Below, piece by piece: positions 28,107 through 39,255 of a stretch of DNA of 64,000 nt. The DNA is from Truepera sp. (GTDB taxonomy: Bacteria > Deinococcota > Deinococci > Deinococcales > Trueperaceae). The DNA is taken from the NCBI GenBank assembly GCA_965218435.1, contig CBDCKW010000009.1, forward strand, positions 128,001 through 192,000, written 5' to 3'. The translations under genes were made by a program, and so were the position numbers. The notes under the pieces are model-generated. The model worked only from the letters and a program-made list of their open reading frames with translations, did not search any database and was not told the DNA's origin. Within the stretch, counting starts at the first letter, position 1, and every line of letters begins with the position of its first letter.

Positions 28107-30980
28107 TTATGCAGCGACCTCTTCTCTCAAGGGCGTCACCACCTTCCGCAAAAACCGCCCCGTATGACTCCCGGCCACCGCCGCAACCTCTTCCGGTGTC
28201 CCCTGCGCCACCAAGAGCCCGCCGCCGTCGCCCCCTTCCGGCCCGAGGTCAATTAGATAATCCGCCGTTTTGATTACGTCGAGGTTGTGCTCGATGACGA
28301 CGACGGTATTGCCCTGGTCAACGAGGCGGTGCAAGACTTCCAGGAGTTTCTGAATATCGGCAAAGTGCAGCCCGGTCGTGGGTTCGTCCAGGATGTAAAC
28401 GGTTTTACCGGTCGCACGTTTGGAGAGTTCTTTAGCCAACTTGATACGTTGCGCCTCACCGCCGGAGAAGGTCAGCGCGGACTGGCCGAGTTTGATGTAC
28501 TCGAGCCCCACGTCAAAAAGCGTCTGGAGTACCCGGTTGATCTTCGGGTGCGCTTCAAAAAACGTCAAAGCTTCCTGCACGTCCATATCTAAAACATCGG
28601 CAATCGTCTTACCTTTGTATTTCACCTGCAGCGTCTCACGGTTGTAGCGTTTGCCGCCGCAATCTTTGCAGGTGACCCACACGTCGGCTAAAAAGTGCAT
28701 CTCGATCTGAATTGAGCCGTGCCCACCGCACGTTTCGCAGCGGCCCCCCTTGACGTTAAACGAAAACCGCCCCTTGGGGTAGCCGCGTTTTTTGGCTTCG
28801 GGCAACAGCGCAAACACGTCGCGGATGTTGTCGAAAACGCCTGCGTAGGTCGCGGGGTTGCTGCGCGGGGTGCGGCCGATGGGGTCTTGGGTGATGTGGA
28901 TGATTTTGTCGAGGTCGTCCAGGCCGTCCAGTTTTTTGTACGGCCCTGGTGTCACGACCGCGCCGTTTAAGAGTCGTGCCAGCGCCGGGTAGAGTGTCCC
29001 CGTGACGAGGCTTGATTTGCCTGAACCGGACACGCCGGTCACGCACGTCAGGGTGCCGAGCGGCAAACGTGTGCTGACGTTCCGCAAATTGTTGAGGGCT
29101 GCGCCGGAAAGCTCGAGCCACCCCTTGCCCCGCCGTCTTTCAGGGTGCGGCGGTTGGATCACTAAGTCACCACTTAAATATTGTCCTGTTAAACTTTTTT
29201 TATTCTTGGCAAGCTGCTTCGGCGTTCCGGCTGCAACTAGCGCACCGCCTTTGACCCCGGCCCCCGGCCCCAAATCGAGGATGTAGTCGGCCCGCGCCAT
29301 CGTCTCCTCATCGTGTTCGACGACCAACACGGTGTTGCCCATATCGCGGAGGCGCTCCAAGGTTTGAATCAAAGCTTCGTTGTCGCGGGCGTGCAGGCCA
29401 ATCGAGGGTTCGTCCAAGATGTACAACACGCCCATCAGCCCCGAGCCGATCTGTGACGCTAAGCGGATACGCTGCCCTTCACCGCCTGACAGCGTTCCGG
29501 CTCTGCGTGCCAGCGTTAGGTAGTGCAACCCGACGTTGAGCATAAACCCGAGCCGTTCCCGAATCTCTTTGATGACCTCTTCGGCGACTTCGTTTTGGTG
29601 CGCGTCTAAGATTTCCGGCAACCGCGTAATCCACGCGTGCGCTTCGCCGATGCTGAGGGCGCTCAGGTCAGGCAGCGAGGTACCGCCGACCGTGACGCTT
29701 CGCCCTACCGGGGCCAGCCGCGCCCCACCGCAACTCTCGCACGGCAGCTCGCGCATGAACTGCTCGTACCATTCGCGGGTATCTTCACTTTGCGTTTCCT
29801 GGTACTGCTTTTTGACGTTGTACACGACGCCGTAGAGCGGGCGACGGCTCCGGCGCGTGTAGCCCTTAGCGGTGCGGTGCGTAAACTCGAGAGGTTTGCC
29901 CTTTGAACCGTGCAGCAGCGCGTTCCGGGCTGTTTCCGGGAGGTCTCGCCACGGCGTATCTAAGCTGAAGTCGTAGTGCCTTGCGATAGATTCAACTGTG
30001 GAAACCGTCCAGCCCTCTTTTTTCTTGAGTTCGCCGTAGTAGCGGAGCGCGCCGTCATTTAAGCTCAGCGTTTCGTCGGCCACGAGCAGCGCCGGGTCAA
30101 CGTCCATGCTTGAGCCCAATCCGTGACACGTCTCGCACATCCCGAGCGGCGAGTTAAACGAGAACATCTGCGTGCTCAGTTCGGGGAATGAGATGTCGCA
30201 GTGCGGGCAGGCGTTGTGTTCGCTCATCAGCTGGTCGGTGCCTTCGTAATTGGCCAACAGGAGGCCGTCGGCCGTTTTGAGCGTCGTTTCAACCGAATCG
30301 GTCAGGCGCGACAAAAAACCCTCGTCACTCAGTGCGTTCTCAGGGATAACGAGGCGGTCTACGACGATTTCGATGGTGTGTTTGTTCTTTTTCTCGAGCT
30401 TCAGCTCTTCATTCAAACTGACCGTATCGCCGTTGATTCGCGCACGGGCAAAGCCACTCGTCCGGGCATCGGCTAAAACCTCAACGTGCGTCCCTTTGCG
30501 GTTTCTAACGACCGGTGCGAGGAGCTGTAACTTCGTCCCGACCGGCAACCCTGCCAGTTGCTGCGCAATCTGTTCGGCACTTTGAGCAAAGACTTCGCGC
30601 CCGCAGTTTGGACAGTGTGGCGTCCCGATATTGGCGTACAAGACACGCAGGTAGTCCATCACTTCGGTGACAGTTGCCACCGTTGAACGCGGATTTTTAC
30701 TTACCGTTTTTTGTTCGATGGCAATGGCAGGGGAGAGGCCGCCGATATAATCTACTTTAGGTTTTTCCATCTGGCCTAAGAACTGCCGCGCATAGGCCGA
30801 CAAACTTTCGACGTAACGGCGCTGTCCCTCGGCGTAAATCGTGTCAAACGCCAGTGACGATTTGCCCGAACCCGACACGCCGGTAATCACCACGAGCTTG
30901 TCCCGAGGAATTGTCACATCAATGTTTTTAAGGTTGTGGTGCTTGGCACCCTTGACGGTTATGCGCGTTTCGGCCATCAT
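28107..30980 (-). CDS. uvrA: Excinuclease ABC subunit A
   Basis: Two GVSGSGKSS Walker A motifs, LSGGE signature, CxxC zinc fingers, FSFN motifs. Confidence 0.98.
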   Translation of the reverse strand: MMAETRITVKGAKHHNLKNIDVTIPRDKLVVITGVSGSGKSSLAFDTIYAEGQRRYVESLSAYARQFLGQMEKPKVDYIGGLSPAIAIEQKTVSKNPRSTVATVTEVMDYLRVLYANIGTPHCPNCGREVFAQSAEQIAQQLAGLPVGTKLQLLAPVVRNRKGTHVEVLADARTSGFARARINGDTVSLNEELKLEKKNKHTIEIVVDRLVIPENALSDEGFLSRLTDSVETTLKTADGLLLANYEGTDQLMSEHNACPHCDISFPELSTQMFSFNSPLGMCETCHGLGSSMDVDPALLVADETLSLNDGALRYYGELKKKEGWTVSTVESIARHYDFSLDTPWRDLPETARNALLHGSKGKPLEFTHRTAKGYTRRSRRPLYGVVYNVKKQYQETQSEDTREWYEQFMRELPCESCGGARLAPVGRSVTVGGTSLPDLSALSIGEAHAWITRLPEILDAHQNEVAEEVIKEIRERLGFMLNVGLHYLTLARRAGTLSGGEGQRIRLASQIGSGLMGVLYILDEPSIGLHARDNEALIQTLERLRDMGNTVLVVEHDEETMARADYILDLGPGAGVKGGALVAAGTPKQLAKNKKSLTGQYLSGDLVIQPPHPERRRGKGWLELSGAALNNLRNVSTRLPLGTLTCVTGVSGSGKSSLVTGTLYPALARLLNGAVVTPGPYKKLDGLDDLDKIIHITQDPIGRTPRSNPATYAGVFDNIRDVFALLPEAKKRGYPKGRFSFNVKGGRCETCGGHGSIQIEMHFLADVWVTCKDCGGKRYNRETLQVKYKGKTIADVLDMDVQEALTFFEAHPKINRVLQTLFDVGLEYIKLGQSALTFSGGEAQRIKLAKELSKRATGKTVYILDEPTTGLHFADIQKLLEVLHRLVDQGNTVVVIEHNLDVIKTADYLIDLGPEGGDGGGLLVAQGTPEEVAAVAGSHTGRFLRKVVTPLREEVAA

Positions 30981-31062
30981 TCACCCTCCGGGGCACAGAA
31001 TCACGAAAATCCTACAACAAACTCGTGGCAGTATACCTTAATAACTAAGGGTTGCGGGTAGA

Positions 31063-31596
31063 TTAAACGGAAGTGTTTGCGGCGGCTCGAGCCAACACCT
31101 TGTCAGCCTCCTCCGGCGCGTAAAGCCGGTAGAGCGTCAGGTGAGGCGGCGCGTGAGCGAAAAGGATTTCGTACCGACGGCGCTGCCGCCAATGCGTCTT
31201 AAAAAAGAACAAAAAGATCGAGTTGCGGCTGAAAAACGCTTTTTGAAATGTTTCGGTGTTGTTACTCCAAAGCGTCTCACGCCTAAATGTGCGGCGACAG
31301 GTGCGCCCAAAGAGCTGCCAGAGTTTCGTGCCGAAACTGTAGTCGAGCCAGATCACCGTATCAGCTTGATGAAGTATCCGAGACTGTACTCGGTTGTTGT
31401 AATTACCGTCTACCACCCAGCGTTCAGCCTGCAGAGCTTTTTCAACCCGCGCTACAAAATCAGCAGCGGGCGTCCAATTAGCTTTCCAGTAAAGTGCGTC
31501 GAGTTCAATAAAAGCTGCGTCGAGTTTTGCGGCGAGTGCCTTACCTAACGTCGTTTTACCCGCGCCGGTGGTACCGATAATAACGACTCGCTGCAT
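31063..31596 (-). CDS. P-loop kinase (adenylate kinase/FlaR-like)
   Basis: GTTGAGKTT, LDALYW, WVVDGNY, ADTVIWLD. Confidence 0.82.
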   Translation of the reverse strand: MQRVVIIGTTGAGKTTLGKALAAKLDAAFIELDALYWKANWTPAADFVARVEKALQAERWVVDGNYNNRVQSRILHQADTVIWLDYSFGTKLWQLFGRTCRRTFRRETLWSNNTETFQKAFFSRNSIFLFFFKTHWRQRRRYEILFAHAPPHLTLYRLYAPEEADKVLARAAANTSV

Positions 31597-31615
31597 CAGA
31601 CTTTATAAAACACGG

Positions 31616-32515
31616 TTATAAAACGTAGATACCGGGCTCGAGCCCTACTCTCGCGTCCTCGGTTTCTCCGTCCCTCTTGGTATCCGTCTTCCAGGCATAG
31701 GCCATATGACGGCTGTTAAACCCGAAGCCTATTTTCCCGTCATGCGTCACGCAAATCAGGCCGCCGCTACCGTTAAAGTGTATAACTTCAGCCAAAGCGT
31801 CTTTAAGGACTTTTTCCAGGTCACCCCCGGTGCGGAGACGTTCCGCCACGCTTTTAGCCGTCACCGCCCGCATAAACGCCTCGCCTTTACCTGTACAAGA
31901 GACCGCGACGAAGCGGTCGGCGTAGGTGCCGATTCCGGGTAGCGGACTGTCCCCGACGCGTCCCGGCCACTTGCCGAGCATCCCGCCGGTACTCGTTACG
32001 GCGGCAAGTCGGCCTTCGCCGTCTAAGACAACTGCGCCCACCGTAGCGGAGTTGGAGGGTTCACCTATGTCCCGCTGCCACGCCGTAAAAGCGGCTTTGG
32101 TTCGGGGCGTGAGTAGAGAAGCGTTGTCAACCGGCTCTTGGACAAAGGCGTCCGCTCCGGCCCCGACGAGCAAGACATGAGGGGTTTCTTTCCTCACCCG
32201 GTCCGCGAGCAAACTGGGATTTTTCGCCCGCGTCACCGCGCCGACGGCTCCGGCCGACCCGTCCCAACCGGACATCACGGCGGCGTCACACTCGACCACG
32301 CCTTCGCTGTTGGGTGAGCCGCCCGTTCCGGCGTTAAAGGCTCCCTGGTTGTCTTCCATCAGCGAGACGGCGGCGAGGGCTGCGCTCACCGCGTCGGCCC
32401 CTTTTGCAAGCGCCGTAAAGCCTGCGTCTCTCGCCGCGCGGAGGCCCGCTTCGTAGGCTTCTTTGTCGTCCTCTTGAATTGTTCCTGCACCGCCGTGAAT
32501 AAGGATGGTTGCCAT
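31616..32515 (-). CDS. iaaA: Isoaspartyl peptidase/L-asparaginase (Ntn hydrolase)
   Basis: IHGGAG, FNAGTG, TVGAV, TSTGG, GRVGDSP, TGKGE. Confidence 0.92.
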   Translation of the reverse strand: MATILIHGGAGTIQEDDKEAYEAGLRAARDAGFTALAKGADAVSAALAAVSLMEDNQGAFNAGTGGSPNSEGVVECDAAVMSGWDGSAGAVGAVTRAKNPSLLADRVRKETPHVLLVGAGADAFVQEPVDNASLLTPRTKAAFTAWQRDIGEPSNSATVGAVVLDGEGRLAAVTSTGGMLGKWPGRVGDSPLPGIGTYADRFVAVSCTGKGEAFMRAVTAKSVAERLRTGGDLEKVLKDALAEVIHFNGSGGLICVTHDGKIGFGFNSRHMAYAWKTDTKRDGETEDARVGLEPGIYVL

Positions 32516-32652
32516 AAACTATCTAACCATGCGCTCGAGCGCACCTAAACGGGGCGTCGTGGGTCTACCCTGGCGGTGTACCCTGTTGCTGTGTCTGGTT
32601 TGCTGTTATCCGGGTTGCTGTAGCTGGCCGGTACAGGCGTGAAAGGATAGGG

Positions 32653-33759
32653 ATGACAAGGCTTAGAATCGGCATTATCGGTTGCGGTGAGGTCGCGCAG
32701 ATCAACCATCTGCCCAGCTTGAGTTTTTTGCAAGACCTGTTTGAGGTGACCGCCATTGCCGATGTAAGTGAGGCGGTACTGGGCGGTGTCGGCACTCGGC
32801 ACGACATCGAAATTGAAAAACGCTTTCTCGACTACCGCGACCTGGTAAAAGCCGCCGAGGTGGACGCGGTTTTGATCACCACGCCGCACGTCTACCACAC
32901 CGAGCAAACGTTGGCAGCCCTAGCTCACGGCAAACATGTCCTGGTTGAAAAACCCATGGCGATGACCCTTACAGACGCCGACCGGATTGTCGCCGCGCAG
33001 AAGCAAACCGGTTTGACGGTGCAAGTCGGTTATATCCGCCGTTACGCTACGGCATTTGAACAAGCGGTGGCCCTAGTAAAGCAAATGGACGGTGTAAGGC
33101 TGGCCCGTGTCCACGACGTCATCGGTCGAAATGCGATGATGATCACGCCGACGTCTCGGGTTATCCGTGGCCGTGACCCCGAGCAGATGACCGCCGAGGG
33201 CCGGCAGTTGACCGGGCAAAAGCTCCGGGAGGCTACCGGAGACGCCTCTTCGGAGGTGAAGGCCGCCTATAACCTCCTGCTAGGGTTGAGCACTCACGAC
33301 GTCTCCGCCATGCGCGAACTTTTAGGGATGCCCAAGGGCGTACTCTACGCCGCGCCGCGTTCGGGCGGCCTGTATTTGACTGCGGCGTTTGATTATGGCG
33401 ACTTCATCTGTCACTTTGAAACGGGTACCGACGACATCGCCCGCTTTGACTGCTACCTCGAGGTCTACAGCAGCGTGCAGACCCTCCGGGTGGACTACCA
33501 CACCCCGTACGTGCGTCACCTCGCTACTAAACTGAGCGTGACTACCGCGACACCTGAGAGCGGTCTCCGTAGCGAGACCTTGCAGCCCGCCTTTGAGGAC
33601 AACTTTACCCGCGAGTGGCGCGCCTTTTACTACAATGTCACGACCGGCAGCACGCCGAAAACCGATCCGGCGGACTATCGGCGTGACCTCGAGCTTTTTA
33701 GGCAAATCATTCAGAAAATCCGGGATCAAGCGGCGGGCAAGTCAGCCACAGCAGATTGA
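32653..33759 (+). CDS. Gfo/Idh/MocA oxidoreductase
   Basis: IGCGEVA, GKHVLVEKP, VGYIRRY. Confidence 0.9.
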   Translation: MTRLRIGIIGCGEVAQINHLPSLSFLQDLFEVTAIADVSEAVLGGVGTRHDIEIEKRFLDYRDLVKAAEVDAVLITTPHVYHTEQTLAALAHGKHVLVEKPMAMTLTDADRIVAAQKQTGLTVQVGYIRRYATAFEQAVALVKQMDGVRLARVHDVIGRNAMMITPTSRVIRGRDPEQMTAEGRQLTGQKLREATGDASSEVKAAYNLLLGLSTHDVSAMRELLGMPKGVLYAAPRSGGLYLTAAFDYGDFICHFETGTDDIARFDCYLEVYSSVQTLRVDYHTPYVRHLATKLSVTTATPESGLRSETLQPAFEDNFTREWRAFYYNVTTGSTPKTDPADYRRDLELFRQIIQKIRDQAAGKSATAD

Positions 33760-33783
33760 CGGCAGATTGAGGGCAGATTGAGG
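33751..33783 (+). repeat. 3 x 11-bp tandem repeat
   Basis: GCAGATTGACG GCAGATTGAGG GCAGATTGAGG. Confidence 0.85.
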
Positions 33784-33818
33784 TTGGGCAGGGGCTTAAG
33801 CGGGTAGACTGGGCTGTA

Positions 33819-33887
33819 ATGACTACAGATACGGTTGCGGCGACGCTTACAGAAACTATGACAGTGACTACAGGGACGACACGATGA
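33819..33887 (+). CDS. Candidate Thr-rich leader peptide (uORF) of minC
   Basis: MTTDTVAATLTETMTVTTGTTR*, 11 of 22 Thr; ATGA overlap with minC; TAGACT -10 8 nt upstream. Confidence 0.4.
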   Translation: MTTDTVAATLTETMTVTTGTTR

Positions 33888-34435
33888 AAACACGCGGAAC
33901 GCGGAGCGGCATCTTGCTGAGTTTAGACGCGAAAGACACGGCTGAAAGTGTTCGGCACGGCTTGCAAAAAGATCTGCTGTCCGGCAAGGTGTTTGTCGAG
34001 TTGGCCGAGCGTACCCTGTGGGAGACGCTGAAGGCGCTCGAGTCCCTCATTGCTGAAGCGGGTGGGACACTGGCCGAGGTGCGGCCGCCGGGCGCAGTCG
34101 TGCAGGCGCGGGGCGAAACGCAGATCGTCGCCCGGACGGTGCGGAGCGGGGGCCGCGTCGAATCGCGTGGTTCGGCCATCGTCATAGGAGACGTGAACGC
34201 CGGGGCCGAAGTGATTGCTGAAGACGACATCATCGTGCTCGGCACGCTCCGGGGCGTTGCTCACGCGGGCGCAGGCGGCAACGAAAACGCCTTTATCTGG
34301 GCGCAGCAGGTCAAGTCTAAACAGCTCCGCATCGCCGGGGCGTTGGCGCAAGCGGGGGGCGATAGCAAAACCGTCTCGGGGCCGGAGGTCGCGCAGCTGC
34401 ATAATGGGCAGATTATCTTGCGGCCGTGGGATTAG
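33884..34435 (+). CDS. minC: Septum site-determining protein MinC
   Basis: RTVRSG, IGDVNAGAEVIA, LGTLRGVAHAGAGG, QLRIA, PEVA. Confidence 0.92.
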   Translation: MKTRGTRSGILLSLDAKDTAESVRHGLQKDLLSGKVFVELAERTLWETLKALESLIAEAGGTLAEVRPPGAVVQARGETQIVARTVRSGGRVESRGSAIVIGDVNAGAEVIAEDDIIVLGTLRGVAHAGAGGNENAFIWAQQVKSKQLRIAGALAQAGGDSKTVSGPEVAQLHNGQIILRPWD

Positions 34436-34465
34436 GTCGCTACCGCAAGGCCGTGCCGGTTACGG

Positions 34466-34650
34466 TTTAGGATGCAGGACGATCTTGCCGGTGACGTTCG
34501 CGTTTTGGAGTAATTCATGTGCCTTCTTGACCTCGCTCAGCAACAGCACCTGCGCGATTTGCGGTTTGATTTTTCCCTCTTTAAGTTAAGTCTAAAAGTG
34601 CTATCACATTCTGGCGAAACCTTTCAGGATGCTTTCTCTTGGCCTGGTAT
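34466..34650 (-). pseudogene. 3' remnant of MDR dehydrogenase (paralog of 39256-40260)
   Basis: GKIKPQIAQVLLLSEVKKAHELLQNANVTGKIVLHP matches the MDR C-terminus; frameshifted upstream. Confidence 0.85.
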
Positions 34651-34740
34651 CTCCTAATATGTCTGCTTGATCAGTTAAGTACGGTGAGCTTACCTGCAGC
34701 CCTACAGCAACCGATCAGCCAAGGCGGTACGCTAAAAGCT

Positions 34741-35556
34741 ATGGACGCCCCTTTCTATATTGAACGGCTTTATGTGCCTGCGGGTGAGGGTCATGGCACG
34801 GTCGGAGATGACACCTACTTTTTCTCGATGTCTGAGGGTCCAGCGACGTTTATCGAGTGGAGTGCGGGTGGAGGCTACAAGCGCCGACGGAAACGCGTTT
34901 TTGCCGGGGACCTCTGGGTCTGGCCGGCAGGACAAACATGGTGGACACGTACCGAAGCTGCGAAGACCTGTATATCTTTATTCCTGTCCTCGAGGTGGCT
35001 TCAGGGGGTAACCCACACAGCTTTTAAGTTGGTTCCGCAGGTACAACTGCAAGACGAATTGCTGACGCAGACGCTTAGAGCACTCGCCCAAGCCCTTGAC
35101 CTGTCGCAAAATCCTACGACGAAGCTCTATCAAGAAAGCCTAGTGACCACCTTGGCACTTCACCTTGAAGCTCACTACGCCCGGGAACGTCAAAAAACTC
35201 AGGAAGGTAGACCCTTCTCTTCGGTTCAGCTGCAGAGAGTCTCGAGCTACATCGCTGAGCACCTCTCTGAAACGCTTTCCCTTAGCGACTTGGCGCAGCT
35301 TACCGGGCTCAGCATATCCCAGTTTTCGCTGCGCTTCCGCAACACTACCGGGCAAACACCGCATCGGTTCGTCACAGCCATGCGCGTCGAGCGGGCTCGA
35401 GACCTCCTCGTGACCGGTCGGTATCCTATCGCCGAGATCGCCGTACGAACGGGTTTCGCCGACCAATCCCACTTGACGCGCCATGTTCGCCGCGCCTTAG
35501 GCGTCACACCCAGTGTGCTCAAAAAGCAAACGGGCGGCGTTTCACTGGCATCATAA
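34741..35556 (+). CDS. AraC-family transcriptional regulator
   Basis: LSDLAQLTGLS...FRNTTGQTP...GFADQSHLTR; leaderless TACGCT before ATG 34741. Confidence 0.9.
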   Translation: MDAPFYIERLYVPAGEGHGTVGDDTYFFSMSEGPATFIEWSAGGGYKRRRKRVFAGDLWVWPAGQTWWTRTEAAKTCISLFLSSRWLQGVTHTAFKLVPQVQLQDELLTQTLRALAQALDLSQNPTTKLYQESLVTTLALHLEAHYARERQKTQEGRPFSSVQLQRVSSYIAEHLSETLSLSDLAQLTGLSISQFSLRFRNTTGQTPHRFVTAMRVERARDLLVTGRYPIAEIAVRTGFADQSHLTRHVRRALGVTPSVLKKQTGGVSLAS

Positions 35557-35641
35557 GATCGTTATAAAACCGGCAAATCGTTCAAGATTCTCCCACCTGT
35601 GCAGTGCTACTTTGGCAACAGTGACAAGATGAGGAGAGCAA

Positions 35642-36412
35642 ATGGTTGATTTTGACGGCAAAGTTGTTTTAGTTACCGGAGCAACGTCCGGCATAGGACG
35701 CAGCACCGCGCTTGCGTTTGCAGCGGCGGGGGCTTCCGTCGCGCTCGTCGGCAGGCGAGAAGCCGAAGGTACCGCTGCGGTCGAAGCTATCGAGACTTCA
35801 GGCGGTAAAGCTGTCTTTTTGCAAGCTGACTTGGCGGGGGGTGAAGCGGTTATAGCTGACGTCATCGCCCGCACGGTGGACGCTTATGGGCGTCTAGACG
35901 TAGCCTTTAATAACGCGGGGATGCAGCACCAGGGGCCGATTACAGAGGCGACCGAAAACGACTGGGACGAGGTGATGGACCTCAATCTGAAGAGCGTCTG
36001 GCTTGCGTGCAAGTACGAGTTTTTGCAGTTTCAAAAGCAAGGTGGTGGCGGTGTTATCGTCAATACGTCGTCGTTTTTAGCCCATAGTCCGGTGGCTGGC
36101 TCGAGCATCTACTCGGCTAGTAAAGCCGGTTTAGACGCCCTGACCCGCGCTTTGGCACTCGAGGGTGGACCAGCAGGCATCCGCATCAACAACGTTAATC
36201 CCGGTGTTGTTGTGACTGAAATGTTTCGCCGCTCGACCGAACCAGATTCAGACACCGAAACGTTTATCAAAAACGCCGTACCGCTGCGTCACCGTTTAGG
36301 AACCGGGGACGATATTGCCGGGGCAGTCTTGTGGCTCTGCTCAGACGCGGCCGCTTATATGACCGGGCAAACGATCACCGTTGATGGCGGCATGACGGTC
36401 TCCGCGTTCTAA
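35642..36412 (+). CDS. SDR oxidoreductase
   Basis: TGATSGIG, NNAG, YSASK. Confidence 0.92.
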   Translation: MVDFDGKVVLVTGATSGIGRSTALAFAAAGASVALVGRREAEGTAAVEAIETSGGKAVFLQADLAGGEAVIADVIARTVDAYGRLDVAFNNAGMQHQGPITEATENDWDEVMDLNLKSVWLACKYEFLQFQKQGGGGVIVNTSSFLAHSPVAGSSIYSASKAGLDALTRALALEGGPAGIRINNVNPGVVVTEMFRRSTEPDSDTETFIKNAVPLRHRLGTGDDIAGAVLWLCSDAAAYMTGQTITVDGGMTVSAF

Positions 36413-36600
36413 GTGCTCACGACTCCCTAAAGGAGACCCTAATGACCCTTACCGATTTTCGCACCCTTGGACGCTCCGGTCTTATCGTCAGCCCGCTTGC
36501 TCTAGGCACGATGACCTTTGGGACGCAGCGCTGGGGTTCGTCCGACGAAACCTCGGCGGCCATCTTTAACACCTATGTCGAGGCGGGCGGCAATTTCATT

Positions 36601-37523
36601 AGACCTCCGGCGAAAGTAGCTCGAAGATGACAACATGTAAAGATGCGCGAACAAACAGCACGGAGTCTAAAGTTGTCACCTGAGAAGTTCAAACGCAAAC
36701 TTGGGGTCAAGCCCACCACTTTCAGAACGATGCTGGAGTTACTTAAAGCGAGAGAGGGGCGGAAGAAGAAACGCGGACGAACTCCCGCGCTGTGTCTTGA
36801 AGACCAACTTGTACTGACCCTATCGTTTTTACGAGAATACCGAACCCACTTTCACTTGTCAGAAGATTGGGGCGTAGACGAGAGCACCGTGCGGCGCACC
36901 ATAGAACGCGTCGAAGACGCCCTCATCAGCTCGGGTAAGTTCACACTGCCGGGACGCAAAGCGTTGCGTGACGACCAGACGCTAGAAGTTGTGGTAGTGG
37001 ATATTGCCGAGTCGCCGGTTGAACGTCCCAAAAAAACAAAGTGCCCCAAGCGCAGCGGCAGGGTAGCGGCGTTACTACTCGGGTAAGAAGAAACGACACA
37101 CGCAAAAGAGCCAAGTATTTGTTGCACAAAACAGTCAGCGCATCCTATGTACGGCTTATGGCAAAGGCCGAGCACACGACTTCAAGTTATTGACACAAAG
37201 CCGCTGCGCTACGGTGCTCGCGCCAAACACCGAACTTCTTTCTGATAGCGGCTTTCAGGGCGTGGCTAAGCTTCATCCCAAAAGCCGTACCCCGCATAAA
37301 CGTTGGAAGGGTAACGTACTTACCCCAGAGCAACAGCTACATAACCGCATCCTAGCTAAAGAACGCATCCTCGCTGAACACGTCATTCGTAAGCTTAAGG
37401 TCTGGCGTATCCTCAAAGAAACCTATCGTCATCGGCGCAGGCGCTTTGGACTTCGGCTTAATCTCATTGCTGCTCTCTACAACCATGATCTACAAGCCAT
37501 TGTGTGACTTTCGCCGGAGGTCT
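36601..37523 (+). mobile_element. IS5-family (ISL2-group-like) insertion sequence, 923 bp
   Basis: Perfect 17-bp TIR AGACCTCCGGCGAAAGT; 3-bp TSD ATT; transposase motifs YYSGKKKRHT, DSGFQG, EHVIRKLK. Confidence 0.93.
36643..37507 (+). pseudogene. Split transposase, probably defective
   Basis: Two frames meeting near A7 run 37030-37036; TAG at 37064 in the catalytic frame. Confidence 0.7.
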
Positions 37524-38609
37524 ATTGATACTGCCGACACCTACGCCAAAGGTCGGAGTGAGGAACTGGTAGGTAGGCTTACTGCTGAACGAGGCCTGCG
37601 TGACCAGATGGTGCTGGCAACCAAGTTTACCTGGAACGCCGTACCGGGCGTCCCGGTGACTAGCGGTAACGGCCGTAAGAACATCTACCGGGCGCTTTAC
37701 GGCTCGCTCGCGCGGCTTCAGACCGACTACCTCGACCTCTACTGGCTCCACCATTGGGATTTAGTGACGCCGGTAGAGGAGGTGTTACAAACGCTCGGCG
37801 ACCTGGTGCGTGCAGGCCACATTCGCTACTTCGGCTTTTCAAACGTCCCTGCTTGGTACGTGGCTGAGGCGGCGACGCTGGCTCGTGTTCATGGTGTTCC
37901 CGGCCCGGTTGCACTGCAACTCGAGTACTCCCTGGTCGAGCGCGGCATCGAGCGCGAACACATAGGTGCCGCTCGTCAGTTTGGGCTGGGTATCACACCG
38001 TGGAGTCCTCTAGCGGCCGGGTTTCTAGCAGGGAAGTATCAGCGCCAAGCGCACGGCGTCGGCGGCGAGGGGCGGCTGAGCGGCGCAAATCCGTTTGGTG
38101 ATACGAAATTTACGGATCACAATTGGAAGGTGCTCGACGTGCTCAGGGCGGTCGCTGCCCAGCTCGAGCGTCCGGTAGCGCAGGTCGCGCTCGCTTGGAT
38201 CTCAGCGCAAGCTGGCGTCACCGCACCTATTCTAGGAGCCAGCAAGCTGGCACAACTGCAAGACAATTTAGACTCGCTCGAGATCAAGTTTACCGCTGAG
38301 CAGCTGCAGATACTGGCTGAGGCCAGTGCCCTAAGTCCCTCTACACCCTCAGCTATTCTTGCACCCGGCGTTAAGCGGATGATTTTTGGCGGTGTGAACG
38401 TCCAAGGTTGGGACGAGCTGCCTACCTCAGAAGCTTGAAACTCGCCTTGATCAGTTGTGTCGCGGCAAGTGCGGCAACGCCGACAAAGTCTTCGGCCAGC
38501 TCAGCGGCGCTAAAGACTAACTGAGCGCCGTTTGCGTAACCCGCAGCAAACATCCCTGGGTGTCAATCCCCTAAGCGTCGCGAGAGTGGGCAATTAGGCT
38601 CTGTCTCTT

Positions 38610-39192
38610 TCTCGTTAAGTTCTCAGCAGGTGGAGCGGGGCAAGCAGTCCGCTTTACCGACCGCAACGTGTCACAAAACTTCGTCAACAGCGTCGTTAAG
38701 TTTTACAACGAATGGGGCGGCTTTGACGGCCTGGATTTTAACACCTTCGAGGCCGACGCCGACCCCAACACGCCTGAAATGATCTGGGTAGCCAGAGAAC
38801 TCAAGCGCCGTTATCCCGGCTTTATAATCACCGCGCCGCCCGCACCGTGGAACGGGCGCGACCAAACGTTTTGTCAAGCTATGCTGGACGCCGGTGCGCT
38901 CGACTACTGCGCGCCGCAGTATTACGACGGCCCCGACTTGAGCGACCCCGCCTACCTTTTAGAAAATATCAAGCTCTGGATGGACCTACTGGGGCCGGAA
39001 AACGTGGTGGTCGGTTTTGGGGTCAATAGCGAGCTGAATAACTACTGGAAGCTTGACGCGGTGGTTAGCACCTTTCAGCAGCTCGAGGCTCGCTACCCGC
39101 AGGTCAAAGGGGTGTTCGACTGGCGGCTCGACTGGGACGCCCAAGGCGGCTATCCGTTTGCTAAACAGCTCGGCCCGCTGGTGACGGACTAG
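38610..39192 (+). pseudogene. N-terminally truncated GH18 chitinase-like fragment
   Basis: SAGGAG, FDGLDFNTFE, PQYY, GVFDW motifs; no signal peptide or N-terminal barrel part. Confidence 0.7.
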
Positions 39193-39255
39193 TGCTGTTA
39201 GGACGCAGTTCAAATTACGGGGACCAGTTCTCGTCTCGGCAACCGCTTTTACGGC

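Larger units (their letters stand above)
36442..38438 (+). pseudogene. Aldo/keto reductase interrupted by IS
   Basis: GGNFI|DTADTY split at 36600/37524; removing the IS and one ATT copy restores the frame. Confidence 0.92.

Noticed and set aside
30981..31062. DNA-damage operator upstream of uvrA
   Set aside because: No convincing palindrome seen.
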